A stretch of 40,815 nucleotides of DNA from a phage. The notes below the pieces were generated by a model that was given only the letters and a program-made list of their open reading frames with translations, was not told the origin of the DNA and made no database searches. Where the stretch lies: sequence record NC_104876.1. The stretch is one strand, 5' to 3'. Each line of letters begins with the position of its first letter. Position 1 is the stretch's first letter. Both the position numbers and the translations under genes were made by a program. Shown one piece after another: positions 7,637 to 17,200 of this stretch.

Positions 7637-8712
7637 TATTCCCCTTTCAGATAATCAGCAACACGTTTATCGAGTTCCGCCATCTGCTTAAGCGTGAGCG
7701 GATTCCCGAAACCATCTACAGATATTACGCGAAACTCTTCCGGCGATATACCGCTGTTACGGAAAATCTTACCTCGCACCGGGCCGAGGGCCTGGTCCTG
7801 AAACCACGCCGTTTGTTGTTTAAGGAACTCGTAGTAAGTGGTGTCTGCGCTTACCTGGGTTCCACCTTCTGCGCCCTTAGCTGCGCGTTTTGCGCCCTTA
7901 TCGAGGAAGTCGAACTCTGAACTGATTACCGGTGCCGTGGTACTTCTGCACCCAAAATGGGCCGGAGGCATCGGCCCTTTACCGATTTCCCACATCATTC
8001 CGTCTCTGGCCCTGCAAATCGTGCTGGTACGGCTGTCCAGCGTTGATACCCACTCGTACCTATCGATGATGTCGTCGTTCTGGCGGTACGTCTCGTTGCG
8101 GGCTTCGTTGGACACGTGAGACAGCGCAGTACGGATTACTGTAGCTGCATGTTTCTCTGATACGTCAGCCAGCCCGCCTTTACCGACTACTTCTTTAACA
8201 ATCTGCCGTGTTGTCTTGCCCTGAACAAAGCCCATCTTAACGCCGGTGACCAGGCGCGCCACCTCCGTTTCACCCCAACCTGACATCAGTTTAGTGAAAT
8301 CAACTGGCTTGCCACTCAATGATAATGGCTGAAACTCAGCAGCGGCCCACACCTGTTCGGCGGTGGGCGTAACAAATTCCGCATCTACGTTGGCGGTCAG
8401 GGTCTTTACGTTCCACTCAGCTTCATACACCGCCAGTTCCTTGAGGTCTTCTGCCAGCTTTGTTTGCCAGTCACCAGTAAGTCCTGTCAGTGCTTCTTCA
8501 AGGTCACGTAACAGTTTATTCAGTCGCGCAGTGCTACGACCGTCGTCGCCGAATAACAGCACCTGCCGTTTGATTTCATCCCGCATCTCCTGAATGAACG
8601 GTGCGAGGTCTTTCACCTCACCGGATGCGGTGCGTTGCAGCCATATCTGATGGCTGATGAGGGATGTAAGTAAGCTCATAGATAAACCCTGTTGCGCTAA
8701 AGTTAATAGCAT
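7636..8712 (-). CDS. Head morphogenesis protein (minor capsid protein)
   Basis: 358-aa ORF immediately downstream of the portal gene, the usual position of this family; call is by synteny only. Confidence 0.45.
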   Translation of the reverse strand: MLLTLAQQGLSMSLLTSLISHQIWLQRTASGEVKDLAPFIQEMRDEIKRQVLLFGDDGRSTARLNKLLRDLEEALTGLTGDWQTKLAEDLKELAVYEAEWNVKTLTANVDAEFVTPTAEQVWAAAEFQPLSLSGKPVDFTKLMSGWGETEVARLVTGVKMGFVQGKTTRQIVKEVVGKGGLADVSEKHAATVIRTALSHVSNEARNETYRQNDDIIDRYEWVSTLDSRTSTICRARDGMMWEIGKGPMPPAHFGCRSTTAPVISSEFDFLDKGAKRAAKGAEGGTQVSADTTYYEFLKQQTAWFQDQALGPVRGKIFRNSGISPEEFRVISVDGFGNPLTLKQMAELDKRVADYLKGE

Positions 8713-8721
8713 ACTACAAGA

Positions 8722-8739
8722 AAGCCCCTTTCGGGGCTA
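8722..8739 (-). terminator. Intrinsic terminator or attenuator between portal and head morphogenesis genes
   Basis: AGCCCC-TTTC-GGGGCT hairpin followed by TTTCTTGT on the minus strand. Confidence 0.45.
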
Positions 8740-8748
8740 TATGTGAAC

Positions 8749-10242
8749 TTACTGCTGGGTGGGGTCTTTTTGCTGCGCCGACTGCGGAATCTCCCCCGCT
8801 ACCTGAGTAACCGCACCAATCGGCAGAGGTGCGTCCTCGATAGCATTCTGAATGTCCTCGTCCGTCCAGTCAGTTACACCCGCCTTGCGCAATGCAGCAT
8901 AGTAAGCGGTCGCTGGTAACAGGCCTGCGTTTATATCAGCCATCCACTGCGCACGGTCCTGAGCGGTCATCGGTTGCAGGAAGAACTCCATATTCAGCTT
9001 AAACTCAATCTCAGTACCGTCACTAAGCCCAAGCATGCCTGCAACCCATTTCAGCGCATCGGTATACGCCATGCTTACGTTACGTGCGATTGTCGCCATA
9101 ACGGACGTGTCGGCGCCGCGTTGCAGTCGGGCGGATTCAGCGGTAATTTGCTGTGTCGGGGTAATAAGCTGCGCACCAATCTGGATGGCCTGATTCTCTT
9201 TATCCAGCATGTTTTGTTTGGCGAGGTTGTTCTCTCCCGCCTGAACCAGAAACGCATTGCCGCCGTAACCGATGTTATGGCCAGAACGTGACCCCATACG
9301 CACTCCGTGAGGGTTAGCTTCTTTCCACTGCGCCATGCTCATATTCTCACCGGGGGCGATGAACAGAGTAGGCTGGCCCACAACGAAGCTGGACTCTTCA
9401 TTGTCCGCGCTGTTGCGGAAGTGCCCGATATTAAGTTCAGCCAACGGCAGCAAAGGTGCATCGTCAGGGGTTGGGTCGTTATTTCCCGCGCCGATGAACG
9501 TGAACGGAATCACCCCGACCGGAATATTACCGAGTTTCGGGAATATTTCGATATAGCCACCTTCCGTCAGTGCACCTTTCTGGTTAAAGCGGTACAGACG
9601 CTGGCGATACTGGCCTTCGAAAATATCAAGGACGCGGTATTGCTCGCCGTAGTTGGGGCTGAACTCATCCGCGCCATCGGTGTACTCGTATTCCTCACGC
9701 AATACAACCATAACCACACGATTAACAGACCCGACGCGCTGGAGACGCCAGTTGATGATGTTCTCTGCGGTGTAGAAAGCGATTGTTGGGTTTAGTAAAC
9801 CCTCGTTTTGCTCTGCCATGGTAGCTACTTCTACCGCGGGGGCGTCAACCAGCAAACCACCGCGACCAACAGCATCAATCTCATACAGAGTATCCTGTGC
9901 GTGCTGCCACAGGCCAACGCCCGACCCGTCACAGTTAGTGGTCAGGTATTCCATCTGAGACGGAATAATCATCTCGGGGTCTTTGCGCATTACGCTGCCG
10001 ACCATGCCGGAAAGCGTTCGCTTGGTGAAGTTGTAGCAAATTGCCCCCGCTTCATATTCGGCCTGACGCTGGCGACCATACACCGGGTCTGGCTCATTCT
10101 TGCCGACGTCACGTAGATATGATGTCAGGTCACCAGAAAGTGCGTGCCGCACCTTCTGCCACTTAGGGAAATACTCCTCGTACTGGCGGTGGCAGGTTTT
10201 AACGTTCTGCCCTTGCCCTGAGTTAATGTTTGCGGAAACCAT
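8749..10242 (-). CDS. Portal protein
   Basis: 497-aa ORF directly downstream of the large terminase gene; size and position typical of a portal. Confidence 0.6.
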   Translation of the reverse strand: MVSANINSGQGQNVKTCHRQYEEYFPKWQKVRHALSGDLTSYLRDVGKNEPDPVYGRQRQAEYEAGAICYNFTKRTLSGMVGSVMRKDPEMIIPSQMEYLTTNCDGSGVGLWQHAQDTLYEIDAVGRGGLLVDAPAVEVATMAEQNEGLLNPTIAFYTAENIINWRLQRVGSVNRVVMVVLREEYEYTDGADEFSPNYGEQYRVLDIFEGQYRQRLYRFNQKGALTEGGYIEIFPKLGNIPVGVIPFTFIGAGNNDPTPDDAPLLPLAELNIGHFRNSADNEESSFVVGQPTLFIAPGENMSMAQWKEANPHGVRMGSRSGHNIGYGGNAFLVQAGENNLAKQNMLDKENQAIQIGAQLITPTQQITAESARLQRGADTSVMATIARNVSMAYTDALKWVAGMLGLSDGTEIEFKLNMEFFLQPMTAQDRAQWMADINAGLLPATAYYAALRKAGVTDWTDEDIQNAIEDAPLPIGAVTQVAGEIPQSAQQKDPTQQ

Positions 10243-10255
10243 TTGTTGTGTCCTC

Positions 10256-11506
10256 TTAAAGTGCGAAAGTCACCGGGATGTTGATTACTGGTTTAACCAC
10301 CGGCATCTCGTAAACTACAGGATAGCCTAGAGCATCCGCCATATGGTCAATGATGCCGTCTTTAGCTGGCTCTCCGTTATCGTCGTATGCCTGCTGCTCC
10401 AGCGTCTTCGCTATCTCAGGGCATAAGTGGTCGTTAATCCACAGTTTACCTTTTTCCAGTGCGGTATTCACGGCTAAAACACGGTCTTTAACCGGAGGGT
10501 TGGCGGATTTAGCGCGAACATCGAAACCTGCCTGCTGGAGTAACGCAATATCTGAGATTGACGCCGAGTTGGTCTTGCGGTTCTTGCCGCTGGCGTCCGG
10601 GTAAACGACTATGCGGTGGCCCTGCGACTTCCACTTCTCAGTAATTACGCGCACGGTATCCGGCGTATCAAACAGACCTTTCAGTTCTGCCACCGCGTGC
10701 CAGCCGTCTTTACGTTGCACATACACGGCGCTGGCGTTCTTCGTAACGTTGAAGTCCTGCCCGATGTACAACGTGTCGCCCGGTTGAATTACCTCTTTGC
10801 TGCGGTGCTTACGGCGGTCATATGCGTAATACACGCTGCCGGAGGTAAGGTTGACGAACTCACCATTCAGATACGCGTTAATCAACTGCGCCGGATAAGT
10901 CTCGGTCAGCGAACTAATGTAGTCAGGTGGCAGGAATCGCGCGTTCTCGTGTGTAGAAGCCTGCACCATCGAGTAACTCGGCGTCGGGTTCTCTTTGAAC
11001 TTGGCGTAGACGAACTTGAACCCTTCCGGTGTCGTGGTGACAGAGATGTGGTTAATTACGCCAGGAATAACAAGACGCATACGGGCCACAATTTTGTTCC
11101 ACGCCAGTTCAGCTTTCTCGCGGCTCAATACATCCAGCTCATCCACGACTGCCGCAGCGATTTTGAAGCCGACGATAGAGCCTGGGTTATCCATCGAACG
11201 GCAGATAACTGTACCGAGCACCGTCTTACCGCGAGTAACCACGACTTCTTTGTCGCCAGATTTAACCAGCACATCGAGGCCGAGCAGGTTAGCGGCTTCC
11301 TCAAATGTCGGGTAGAAGATGTCACGGATAGCCGGGTATGTCGGGCCGAAGTAACCCAGGCGCGTACCTGGATGCTTGAGCATAAACGTAAGCAGGTCAA
11401 GGCAGCCAACAAATGTCTTTCCGCTGCCGAAGCCGCCGACATATGCCTTATATTTGTTATCACAATTCAGGAACAGCGCCTGCGGTGCGGATAGCTGAAT
11501 ACTCAT
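10256..11506 (-). CDS. terL: Terminase large subunit
   Basis: Walker A GGFGSGKT near the N-terminus, 416 aa, overlaps the upstream small-subunit candidate, precedes the portal gene. Confidence 0.75.
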   Translation of the reverse strand: MSIQLSAPQALFLNCDNKYKAYVGGFGSGKTFVGCLDLLTFMLKHPGTRLGYFGPTYPAIRDIFYPTFEEAANLLGLDVLVKSGDKEVVVTRGKTVLGTVICRSMDNPGSIVGFKIAAAVVDELDVLSREKAELAWNKIVARMRLVIPGVINHISVTTTPEGFKFVYAKFKENPTPSYSMVQASTHENARFLPPDYISSLTETYPAQLINAYLNGEFVNLTSGSVYYAYDRRKHRSKEVIQPGDTLYIGQDFNVTKNASAVYVQRKDGWHAVAELKGLFDTPDTVRVITEKWKSQGHRIVVYPDASGKNRKTNSASISDIALLQQAGFDVRAKSANPPVKDRVLAVNTALEKGKLWINDHLCPEIAKTLEQQAYDDNGEPAKDGIIDHMADALGYPVVYEMPVVKPVINIPVTFAL

Positions 11507-12087
11507 TCCTCTACCTCACCCATATTCGTTGTTACAATTTTACCTACAGGCTCTGCAACACTAAAAATAATCTCAGTCGGTGCCGTTTCTTCGGTGGATT
11601 CGACTGGTTTCTCTTTACCGAGGCCCAGTTTAGCTGCGGCGAACGTAGCAGAGATGCCCGCGGCCCCTGTCTCAGTGAAGTACGCCTCTTCCAGTGCCTG
11701 TGCTGTCTCGTATGCTTCTGCAAATGCGGGAATCTCACGCAGCCATAGCTTAATAATAGGGATAGTGACGCCGATGTGTAAGGCAAAGCGGGCCAGTGAC
11801 GGAGGTTTATCCTGAATCAGCGGGCGTTCGTCACCCTTAGACGTAGGCACGAGTTCCCACGACGTGCGGTCGAAGAACTCGATTAGCGCGTCGCAATAAT
11901 CCGGGTCCCACAGTGCGGCGGAATTACGGGATGATTGATAAAGGCTCTGTTTACCGCGCGGTCGTTTACGTCGGCGGTTTGCGCTAACAGCTTCTTCATG
12001 TGCAGCTTGCACCACCTCTGGCGATGGCTGCTTGAGTTTCAGCTTCATATAATCCCCTTGCATATGCGTCTGACCATCAGAGCGCAC
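11503..12087 (-). CDS. Terminase small subunit (putative)
   Basis: Basic N-terminal region, 4-nt overlap with the large terminase gene. Probable start at internal ATG 12046 (MKLKLKQ). Preceded by a promoter-like TATATAAT. Confidence 0.4.
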   Translation of the reverse strand: MRSDGQTHMQGDYMKLKLKQPSPEVVQAAHEEAVSANRRRKRPRGKQSLYQSSRNSAALWDPDYCDALIEFFDRTSWELVPTSKGDERPLIQDKPPSLARFALHIGVTIPIIKLWLREIPAFAEAYETAQALEEAYFTETGAAGISATFAAAKLGLGKEKPVESTEETAPTEIIFSVAEPVGKIVTTNMGEVEE

Positions 12088-12147
12088 CAGACGCGCCCTA
12101 CGCGTCTAAAGGGATTATATAAGGTGATTGGGCAGGATGTACAGAAA

Positions 12148-12165
12148 AGCCCTCTACCGAGGGCT
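12148..12165 (-). terminator. Putative intrinsic terminator upstream of the terminase genes
   Basis: AGCCCTC-TACC-GAGGGCT hairpin followed by TTTCTGT on the minus strand. Confidence 0.35.
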
Positions 12166-12422
12166 TGTATCAGTTGTATAGGCCGTGGCGTGGTGCTCTT
12201 TTACCGTCGCCGCCGTAATGGTCGTTAGCTACAGCGATAGCCCAGGCGTTAGGAATGATTAGTAGTCTCATTTGAATAAACAATCCTTGGCAAGCTGACG
12301 GTATAGTTTAGCCGCGTAACTCTCGGCCTGACCTTTGCGCCGAAATATTTTCCCATTAACTGAATACTTGTTTAACTCTGGCTCGTAGCAAACTTGGTTG
12401 TCGATGAACTCCAGAATACTAA

Positions 12423-12659
12423 TCATTCCCCACTCTCCTCTTTAGCAATACGTTGCTCTGTTTTAGTGATACCCCGGCGCGTGAATAACACCGGACTTGT
12501 CTTAACGTGCGTCATGAGACGATTGTTATAAATTACGTGACGCTCGCAGTTCACGTCTTTGCTGTACTTGGCAATCGTCATCTCGCAGATACCGGTTTGT
12601 CGGCAAGTCTCCGACATATTTCCGTACTCTTCAATCAGTTTAGGGATGCTGGTAATCAA
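12423..12659 (-). CDS. Hypothetical small protein, possible HTH DNA-binding
   Basis: 78-aa ORF; ATGA overlap with a downstream 52-aa ORF (12271-12426); member of a chain of coupled small ORFs. Confidence 0.35.
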   Translation of the reverse strand: MITSIPKLIEEYGNMSETCRQTGICEMTIAKYSKDVNCERHVIYNNRLMTHVKTSPVLFTRRGITKTEQRIAKEESGE

Positions 12660-12937
12660 TTTGTCTCTCCTTTAGTGACGGTAATATCTTTCTTGTTAAG
12701 GTCTACAAAAATAGTATGTGCACCGCTTGTGTAAATGTGGCACCGCGGGATGAGGCTTTCTGTTGTCCATAAAAACTCGTACGGACGGTCGGCGCGCGCC
12801 CTTCTAACCTCAAACTTGCCGTATTTAACAATAACTCCGTAGTTATGTACCGCGGAGGGGTTGCAAAATCTACAATAAACGGCTTCTTCTATAGCGGATT
12901 CAATATCAGTGAATCTCGCGGAAACAGTACGTGCCAT
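12656..12937 (-). CDS. Hypothetical protein
   Basis: 93-aa ORF, 4-nt overlap with the downstream gene. Confidence 0.35.
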   Translation of the reverse strand: MARTVSARFTDIESAIEEAVYCRFCNPSAVHNYGVIVKYGKFEVRRARADRPYEFLWTTESLIPRCHIYTSGAHTIFVDLNKKDITVTKGETN

Positions 12938-12940
12938 TAT

Positions 12941-13204
12941 TTACAACCCCACATACCCGATGCCCCACATAACTAACATCCCAACCGCCACACCAATCAG
13001 AATCGATACTGTGGTATTAGTCCGCACCCTCTGGCTACGCAAAGTTTCGGCGTTCTCCAGAATGTCACGAACACGCGTTAAGTGTGCAATCTCCAGTTTC
13101 GCGGCGGTTAGTTCCTGAGTTGCTTTTGAATACTTACCATTAATCTTATCAAGCGCCTTCTTAAGGTCTTTGTTGTTCTTCTTGAGTTGTTCAATCTGCT
13201 CCAT
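12941..13204 (-). CDS. Hypothetical coiled-coil protein with C-terminal transmembrane anchor
   Basis: N-terminal coiled coil (EQIEQLKKNNKDLKKALDKI), C-terminal hydrophobic helix (VSILIGVAVGMLVMWGIGYVGL). Confidence 0.4.
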   Translation of the reverse strand: MEQIEQLKKNNKDLKKALDKINGKYSKATQELTAAKLEIAHLTRVRDILENAETLRSQRVRTNTTVSILIGVAVGMLVMWGIGYVGL

Positions 13205-13206
13205 AA

Positions 13207-13401
13207 CTACCCCACTATCTCATCACCGAGCCACGCCGTTTCTCGTATATCGTCAACCACACAAGCGGCGTGCTCACGGCTAATTGCAAAAATGTAGAAG
13301 CTAAACTTCTTCCCGTCGGCGTCGATGTGGTTAACCGAGTATGGTTTCCACAGGACGCCATCGATAACTACGGGTTCAGGCGCTTTCATACCCATCACCA
13401 T
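13207..13401 (-). CDS. Hypothetical protein
   Basis: 64-aa ORF in operon. Confidence 0.3.
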   Translation of the reverse strand: MVMGMKAPEPVVIDGVLWKPYSVNHIDADGKKFSFYIFAISREHAACVVDDIRETAWLGDEIVG

Positions 13402-13573
13402 GGGATTTGTTCAGGTTGAAGCGGTTAATCAGTTCACGGCGTGTCTCATAAAGCGACTCCACCATTTGCTCGGCTACCGCGATTTTAGTATTCAGGACGC
13501 GCATCACGTGGCTGATGTCTACGCCGCCGTTAACGGCCTCTACCATCATCTTTTCGTATTCACGGTCGGTCAT
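13376..13573 (-). CDS. Hypothetical protein
   Basis: 65-aa ORF; ATGA overlap with an upstream 52-aa ORF (13573-13728). Confidence 0.3.
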   Translation of the reverse strand: MTDREYEKMMVEAVNGGVDISHVMRVLNTKIAVAEQMVESLYETRRELINRFNLNKSHGDGYESA

Positions 13574-13907
13574 TCTTTACGTTCTCCCCACATGCGATTG
13601 AGATACTTGTTCTTGTCCGGCCCCGGGAAACTGTTGCGTTTCATCAGTTCCTCGCGTGTCGGGAACGGGGTGTGACTGACTTTACGGCCTACTCGTAACG
13701 GCTGGCTTACTGGGCCTTGTTCGCTCATTTCTTCTCTCCTGCATAAGCTGCTTTAAGTGTCTGCATCGCAGCGAACCAGAACGCGTCCGCTGGAATGCTG
13801 TTGCTCAGGTTACTAACGGCGATGCGTGCCATCAGTTGCGCGTCTTTGAATGCTTCGGTATCTGTGATTTTCATCTTCTCTACTCCGTTCTCGTTGTCGA
13901 TGGAGTA

Positions 13908-13936
13908 AATATAATAGGGTCGATGGTAATAGTCAA
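13908..13936 (-). promoter_or_regulatory. Sigma70-type promoter (TTGACT-N17-TATATT) for the operon ending at the terminase genes
   Basis: On minus strand: -35 TTGACT (13931-13936), 17-nt spacer, -10 TATATT (13908-13913); first ORF ATG at 13873 with GGAG RBS. Confidence 0.5.
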
Positions 13937-13960
13937 CTAGTCATTACAGAAAATAGATAA

Positions 13961-13988
13961 AAAAAATCCCGGCTGGGTCAGGGCCGGG
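13961..13988 (-). terminator. Intrinsic terminator after the lysis cassette
   Basis: CCCGGC-loop-GCCGGG hairpin followed by T8 on the minus strand, 3' of the endolysin gene. Confidence 0.6.
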
Positions 13989-14054
13989 ATAAAACTGGAG
14001 AGCAGAGGGATGGAGCAGGAGGTGATTTAAGTATCGTCGGATTAGTCTTAGGTG

Positions 14055-14543
14055 TCAACCTTTCACCGCGCGCCCAATAGCCTCAGCCTCTTGCCACGGT
14101 TTACCGTCGAACAGCGCCAGACGACCCGCGGTACGGCGACGCAATCCGAGGAGCGGTCTGCCGTTCTGGTTGATGAACAGCGCCAGCTTGGCGCGCAGCG
14201 TTGCAATATCGCCAGAACGCAGTGCCTTGCCTGTGCCCGTAGTAGACGCAATCACGCCAGCACCTGCGTTATACACCAGGTCGCACACTGCATCAAACTG
14301 CGCCTGTGTCAGGGAGTGGTGTGCTGCTGCGTCAACCGCAGCTACAGCCTTAGCCATATCACGATTCAGTAACAGGAGGCCTTGCCCTGGCGTGATGGTC
14401 TTACCTGGTGTTACGTCTGGCCCGTAGTGACCATAACCAATAGTCAGGTACTTCTCGTTCGGCGTAGCGCGATACGCAGTTCCGCGGAATCCCTCGAACG
14501 CGGCACAGAAATGCAATCCATTATCTGAAATATTTCGAGACAC
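14055..14543 (-). CDS. Endolysin, lysozyme (GH24-like muramidase)
   Basis: N-terminal lysozyme-like signature (NISDNGLHFCAAFEGFRGTAYRATPNEKYLTIGYGH) with catalytic E in FEG; 162 aa; adjacent to membrane-protein genes. Confidence 0.65.
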   Translation of the reverse strand: MSRNISDNGLHFCAAFEGFRGTAYRATPNEKYLTIGYGHYGPDVTPGKTITPGQGLLLLNRDMAKAVAAVDAAAHHSLTQAQFDAVCDLVYNAGAGVIASTTGTGKALRSGDIATLRAKLALFINQNGRPLLGLRRRTAGRLALFDGKPWQEAEAIGRAVKG

Positions 14544-14793
14544 GCTTATGTCCTCCGTATGACAGCCACGCCTGGCGAATCTGGCGCAGCGCGACTAATG
14601 TGATTAATGTCTCAGGCAGCGTAGGCGACATGCTGCCCTGTAACAGGTGGATACATCCGGCGGCGCAGACAATAGCAGTCAGGATATAGAGCACCCGACC
14701 GAACAGCCCGTCGTCAACGCTGGGGTGATATACATTAAACAGCGATGTGCCCCCGATTGCCAGCATACCACCGAACCAGAATAACTCATTCAT
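14521..14793 (-). CDS. Small membrane protein (holin or antiholin partner)
   Basis: Start set to ATG at 14793 (MNELFWFGGMLAIGG...), which overlaps the upstream holin stop (ATGAATGA). Two or three hydrophobic helices. The longer track ORF 14521..14973 is out of frame with the holin and lacks an RBS. Confidence 0.4.
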   Translation of the reverse strand: MNELFWFGGMLAIGGTSLFNVYHPSVDDGLFGRVLYILTAIVCAAGCIHLLQGSMSPTLPETLITLVALRQIRQAWLSYGGHKRVSKYFR

Positions 14794-15094
14794 CTGTGCC
14801 TCCTCGACGTGCAATGTATTCTCCGGCGACGATGCCGGAAAGGCGTGAATAGATAGGCATCCAGAGAATAGCGATGATGAAGCCCAGGCCAGCGATTTCA
14901 CGGTCGCCCGTGATACCAAACCATTGAGCTGCGAGAGGTGCACCAAATACGGCGCAAGCGAAGCCGGTTGCAATAAAGCAGAAGCCGTCGAGGGGGCCAG
15001 AAATAGCGGACTTATGTTGTCGTAGTCCGATGACCCCTCCGGCTAGCGCGGCAGCGAGAAGCCAGCCTGTCACTGTTTCAGTAAATTTATCCAA
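14786..15094 (-). CDS. Holin (putative)
   Basis: 102 aa with three hydrophobic segments (WLLAAALAGGVIGL, FCFIATGFACAVFGAPLAAQWF, GLGFIIAILWMPIY) and a charged C-terminus; immediately upstream of the endolysin region. Confidence 0.45.
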   Translation of the reverse strand: MDKFTETVTGWLLAAALAGGVIGLRQHKSAISGPLDGFCFIATGFACAVFGAPLAAQWFGITGDREIAGLGFIIAILWMPIYSRLSGIVAGEYIARRGGTDE

Positions 15095-15284
15095 GATGAA
15101 TCCTCCAGGTGCGTATTAAGTATGCAGTAACTGGAGGATAGCACGGTTAGGAATTATCTTAATAACGGTTTATTTATGGCGCCAGATGTATTGTCGTCTC
15201 TGTGGTTTCGTCGGAATATCATCGTATCCAAGCGATTTCCAGTAATTAAATAGCCGGTTAGCGATTGCTGCGCGTTCCTGTGTT

Positions 15285-15731
15285 TTAAACTCGCCGAGAT
15301 TCAAGTCCGTCCCACTCACGCTTGCCGCATTCGCAGCAAAACCGGCTACCGGGCACGTTGTCCTTGTGGCCTTCGGCAATAAACAATCCTGGAGCGATAA
15401 TCCAATTGTGGTCACATTCCTGCGTATCTTCTTTTCGGCAACCAGATTGCTCCGAACCGTACGCACCTTTGCGGATAAGTTTGTATGCCTCCACGTCACC
15501 AGTAGCCTCGACCAATGCCAGATGCAACTCCTTAACTTGCCCTGTCAGGTGCGATATGTGCTCAGATTTCTTAATGTTGTCTTCCCGCAACTCCTTAATC
15601 TGCGCCGACGCATCACGTAACTGATTCTTAAGTGACTGCACCTCATGCGCCAGGTCTTCGCTCCGGCTGTTATTTACCTGCTGCCGTAGCTGGTCGATCA
15701 GGTACTCGAATATTTCGTTTTTAGTGTTCAT
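15285..15731 (-). CDS. Hypothetical coiled-coil protein with C-terminal Cys-rich (zinc-ribbon-like) region
   Basis: 148-aa ORF; coiled-coil N-terminus; C-x-n-C-C-x-C cluster near C-terminus; first large gene after promoter at 15879-15909. Confidence 0.35.
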   Translation of the reverse strand: MNTKNEIFEYLIDQLRQQVNNSRSEDLAHEVQSLKNQLRDASAQIKELREDNIKKSEHISHLTGQVKELHLALVEATGDVEAYKLIRKGAYGSEQSGCRKEDTQECDHNWIIAPGLFIAEGHKDNVPGSRFCCECGKREWDGLESRRV

Positions 15732-15878
15732 ATTCTTCGCTCACCCCGTTATAGACGCCGTTGTAGTCCCCGTCGCAGATGAACGGGTAGAGCATATCTT
15801 CGTACTCGTCCTGCAACTCACCTAAAGTTACTTCGCTATAATCTTTCATATTCTGTCTCCCCTCTCGTTTGTGTAAAT

Positions 15879-15909
15879 GAATAGTAGCCTATTCTATCTT
15901 AGTGTGCAA
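15879..15909 (-). promoter_or_regulatory. Promoter (TTGCAC-N17-TACTAT) with embedded operator palindrome GAATAGTAGCCTATT
   Basis: -35 at 15904-15909 and -10 at 15881-15886 on minus strand; operator 15879-15893. Near-identical to promoters at 17201-17231 and 39657-39688. Confidence 0.55.
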
Positions 15910-15916
15910 GTAAATT

Positions 15917-16090
15917 TTATTGGTGTGTTATAGAGTCGATGAACGCCAGTAACTCCCTTTCCGCTTCTGCTTCTCTTTCTTCAAGCGACCAGGTAGCGGA
16001 TTCCTCTGTTGCCGTTGCTAAATCGGTTTTTACGTCAATCATCGTGTCGATTAACGTTATTAGTCGTTCAGCCTGTTCTTTAGTAATCAT
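15917..16090 (-). CDS. Hypothetical small acidic protein
   Basis: 57-aa ORF (MITKEQAERLITLIDTMIDVK...) with AGGAG RBS 8 nt upstream; not in track (under 60 aa). Confidence 0.3.
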   Translation of the reverse strand: MITKEQAERLITLIDTMIDVKTDLATATEESATWSLEEREAEAERELLAFIDSITHQ

Positions 16091-16224
16091 TGTTGCATCT
16101 CCTGCAATAGTCGCTTCGATTGTTGCGTTTGATGAAAGTGTCGCCTTTTGACGACACTAAGTTAAAGTTGTACGCTGCTGTGTAGCAGCGTAAGTCACTC
16201 AATAAAATCCCAAACTATTGAACA

Positions 16225-16419
16225 TCACACTTCTGGCGGCTCTGGTAACGGCATCCAGTGCGACGGTTCACATACCCCCTCAACACCATTCATGTAAAAG
16301 AATTGAAATAACCCTTTACCTCTGTGGAACCCCACCATCTGCTCTTTTGTATCTGAGCAATAAACCAAAACATCTTCTTCGTTTGGCATCCGCTCACTAC
16401 ACTTAATCCACTCACCCAT
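16225..16419 (-). CDS. DUF551-like small phage protein
   Basis: C-terminal HWMPLPEPP motif recalled as characteristic of DUF551; 64 aa. Confidence 0.45.
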   Translation of the reverse strand: MGEWIKCSERMPNEEDVLVYCSDTKEQMVGFHRGKGLFQFFYMNGVEGVCEPSHWMPLPEPPEV

Positions 16420-16570
16420 ACCTCACACCTCTTTCAATCAAGGATTGCACACCAGCTTTCCACGCCCGCCACGCGAGACGCGTCTTAACGTTCAGGTACT
16501 CTTTCTTTGAACCCTTGTTAACCGGCAGACCCTCGACTACGGCCCACCGTTCAAATGCTTCTCTCATAAC

Positions 16571-16771
16571 TTAGTCCTCCAGAACTTCGCATTCACTTGC
16601 ATACACAACTACATACCCCGCGTCACATTCAATAATGAACATATCGGGACCGGCGTGTGTAACCTCAAACTCATCTCCTACTGCAACGCCCCAGTAACTA
16701 AGCGGCAAATCATCGCCATCGCGCAGGTCCACATAATCAACGTCTGTTATACGAATCCTCATTAACGGCAA
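16571..16771 (-). CDS. Hypothetical early protein
   Basis: 66-aa ORF, overlapping start/stop with neighbours. Confidence 0.35.
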   Translation of the reverse strand: MPLMRIRITDVDYVDLRDGDDLPLSYWGVAVGDEFEVTHAGPDMFIIECDAGYVVVYASECEVLED

Positions 16772-16980
16772 CCTCCCTCAGAGTCGTCGGCACCGGCATC
16801 ATGATTCGATGCCGGTTCGAGTAAAGTGACCACACCACTTTCCTTCGTCAGAAGGATGTAAACCGTCCGCAAATGTGCGTACTGTTTTAGCCAGGGACCG
16901 ATTTCGGATTTACTGTTGAATTCTTTACTGGCTATGGTTTGTTTTGTCTCTTTCGATTTAATCTCTAGCTTAATCATCAC
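16762..16980 (-). CDS. Hypothetical early protein
   Basis: 72-aa ORF in coupled chain. Confidence 0.35.
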   Translation of the reverse strand: MMIKLEIKSKETKQTIASKEFNSKSEIGPWLKQYAHLRTVYILLTKESGVVTLLEPASNHDAGADDSEGGCR

Positions 16981-17168
16981 TTCGCCCCTTTGAATTTAAA
17001 ATTGTTGCCGATGAGTTTTAAGTTATCCTCTTCTACGTATATTCGTGAATTTACCCCTCTCACCTTTTGCACGGTCACTACGTACTCACCAGGGAATACA
17101 TTAGATTTCAATTCAATTATGCCGTGTTTACCGTCGGCGCATTTAACCAACTGACCATTCTTAAACAT
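16977..17168 (-). CDS. Hypothetical early protein
   Basis: Start set to ATG 17168 (MFKNGQLVK...) with GAGGAG RBS; first gene downstream of promoter 17201-17231. Confidence 0.4.
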   Translation of the reverse strand: MFKNGQLVKCADGKHGIIELKSNVFPGEYVVTVQKVRGVNSRIYVEEDNLKLIGNNFKFKGAK

Positions 17169-17200
17169 AACCCTCACTCCTCTGTCTCGTTTCGATAAGT

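Noticed and set aside
15170-15499. 109-aa minus-strand ORF overlapping the 3' end of the 15285..15731 gene in another frame
   Set aside because: Most of it overlaps a longer ORF; only the last 45 codons or so are free and would need a TTG start with weak RBS. Left unannotated as unresolved.
15939-16151. 70-aa plus-strand ORF with Ser/Ala/Val-rich product
   Set aside because: It is antisense to a better-supported minus-strand small ORF (15917-16090) that has an AGGAG RBS and sits in the early operon.
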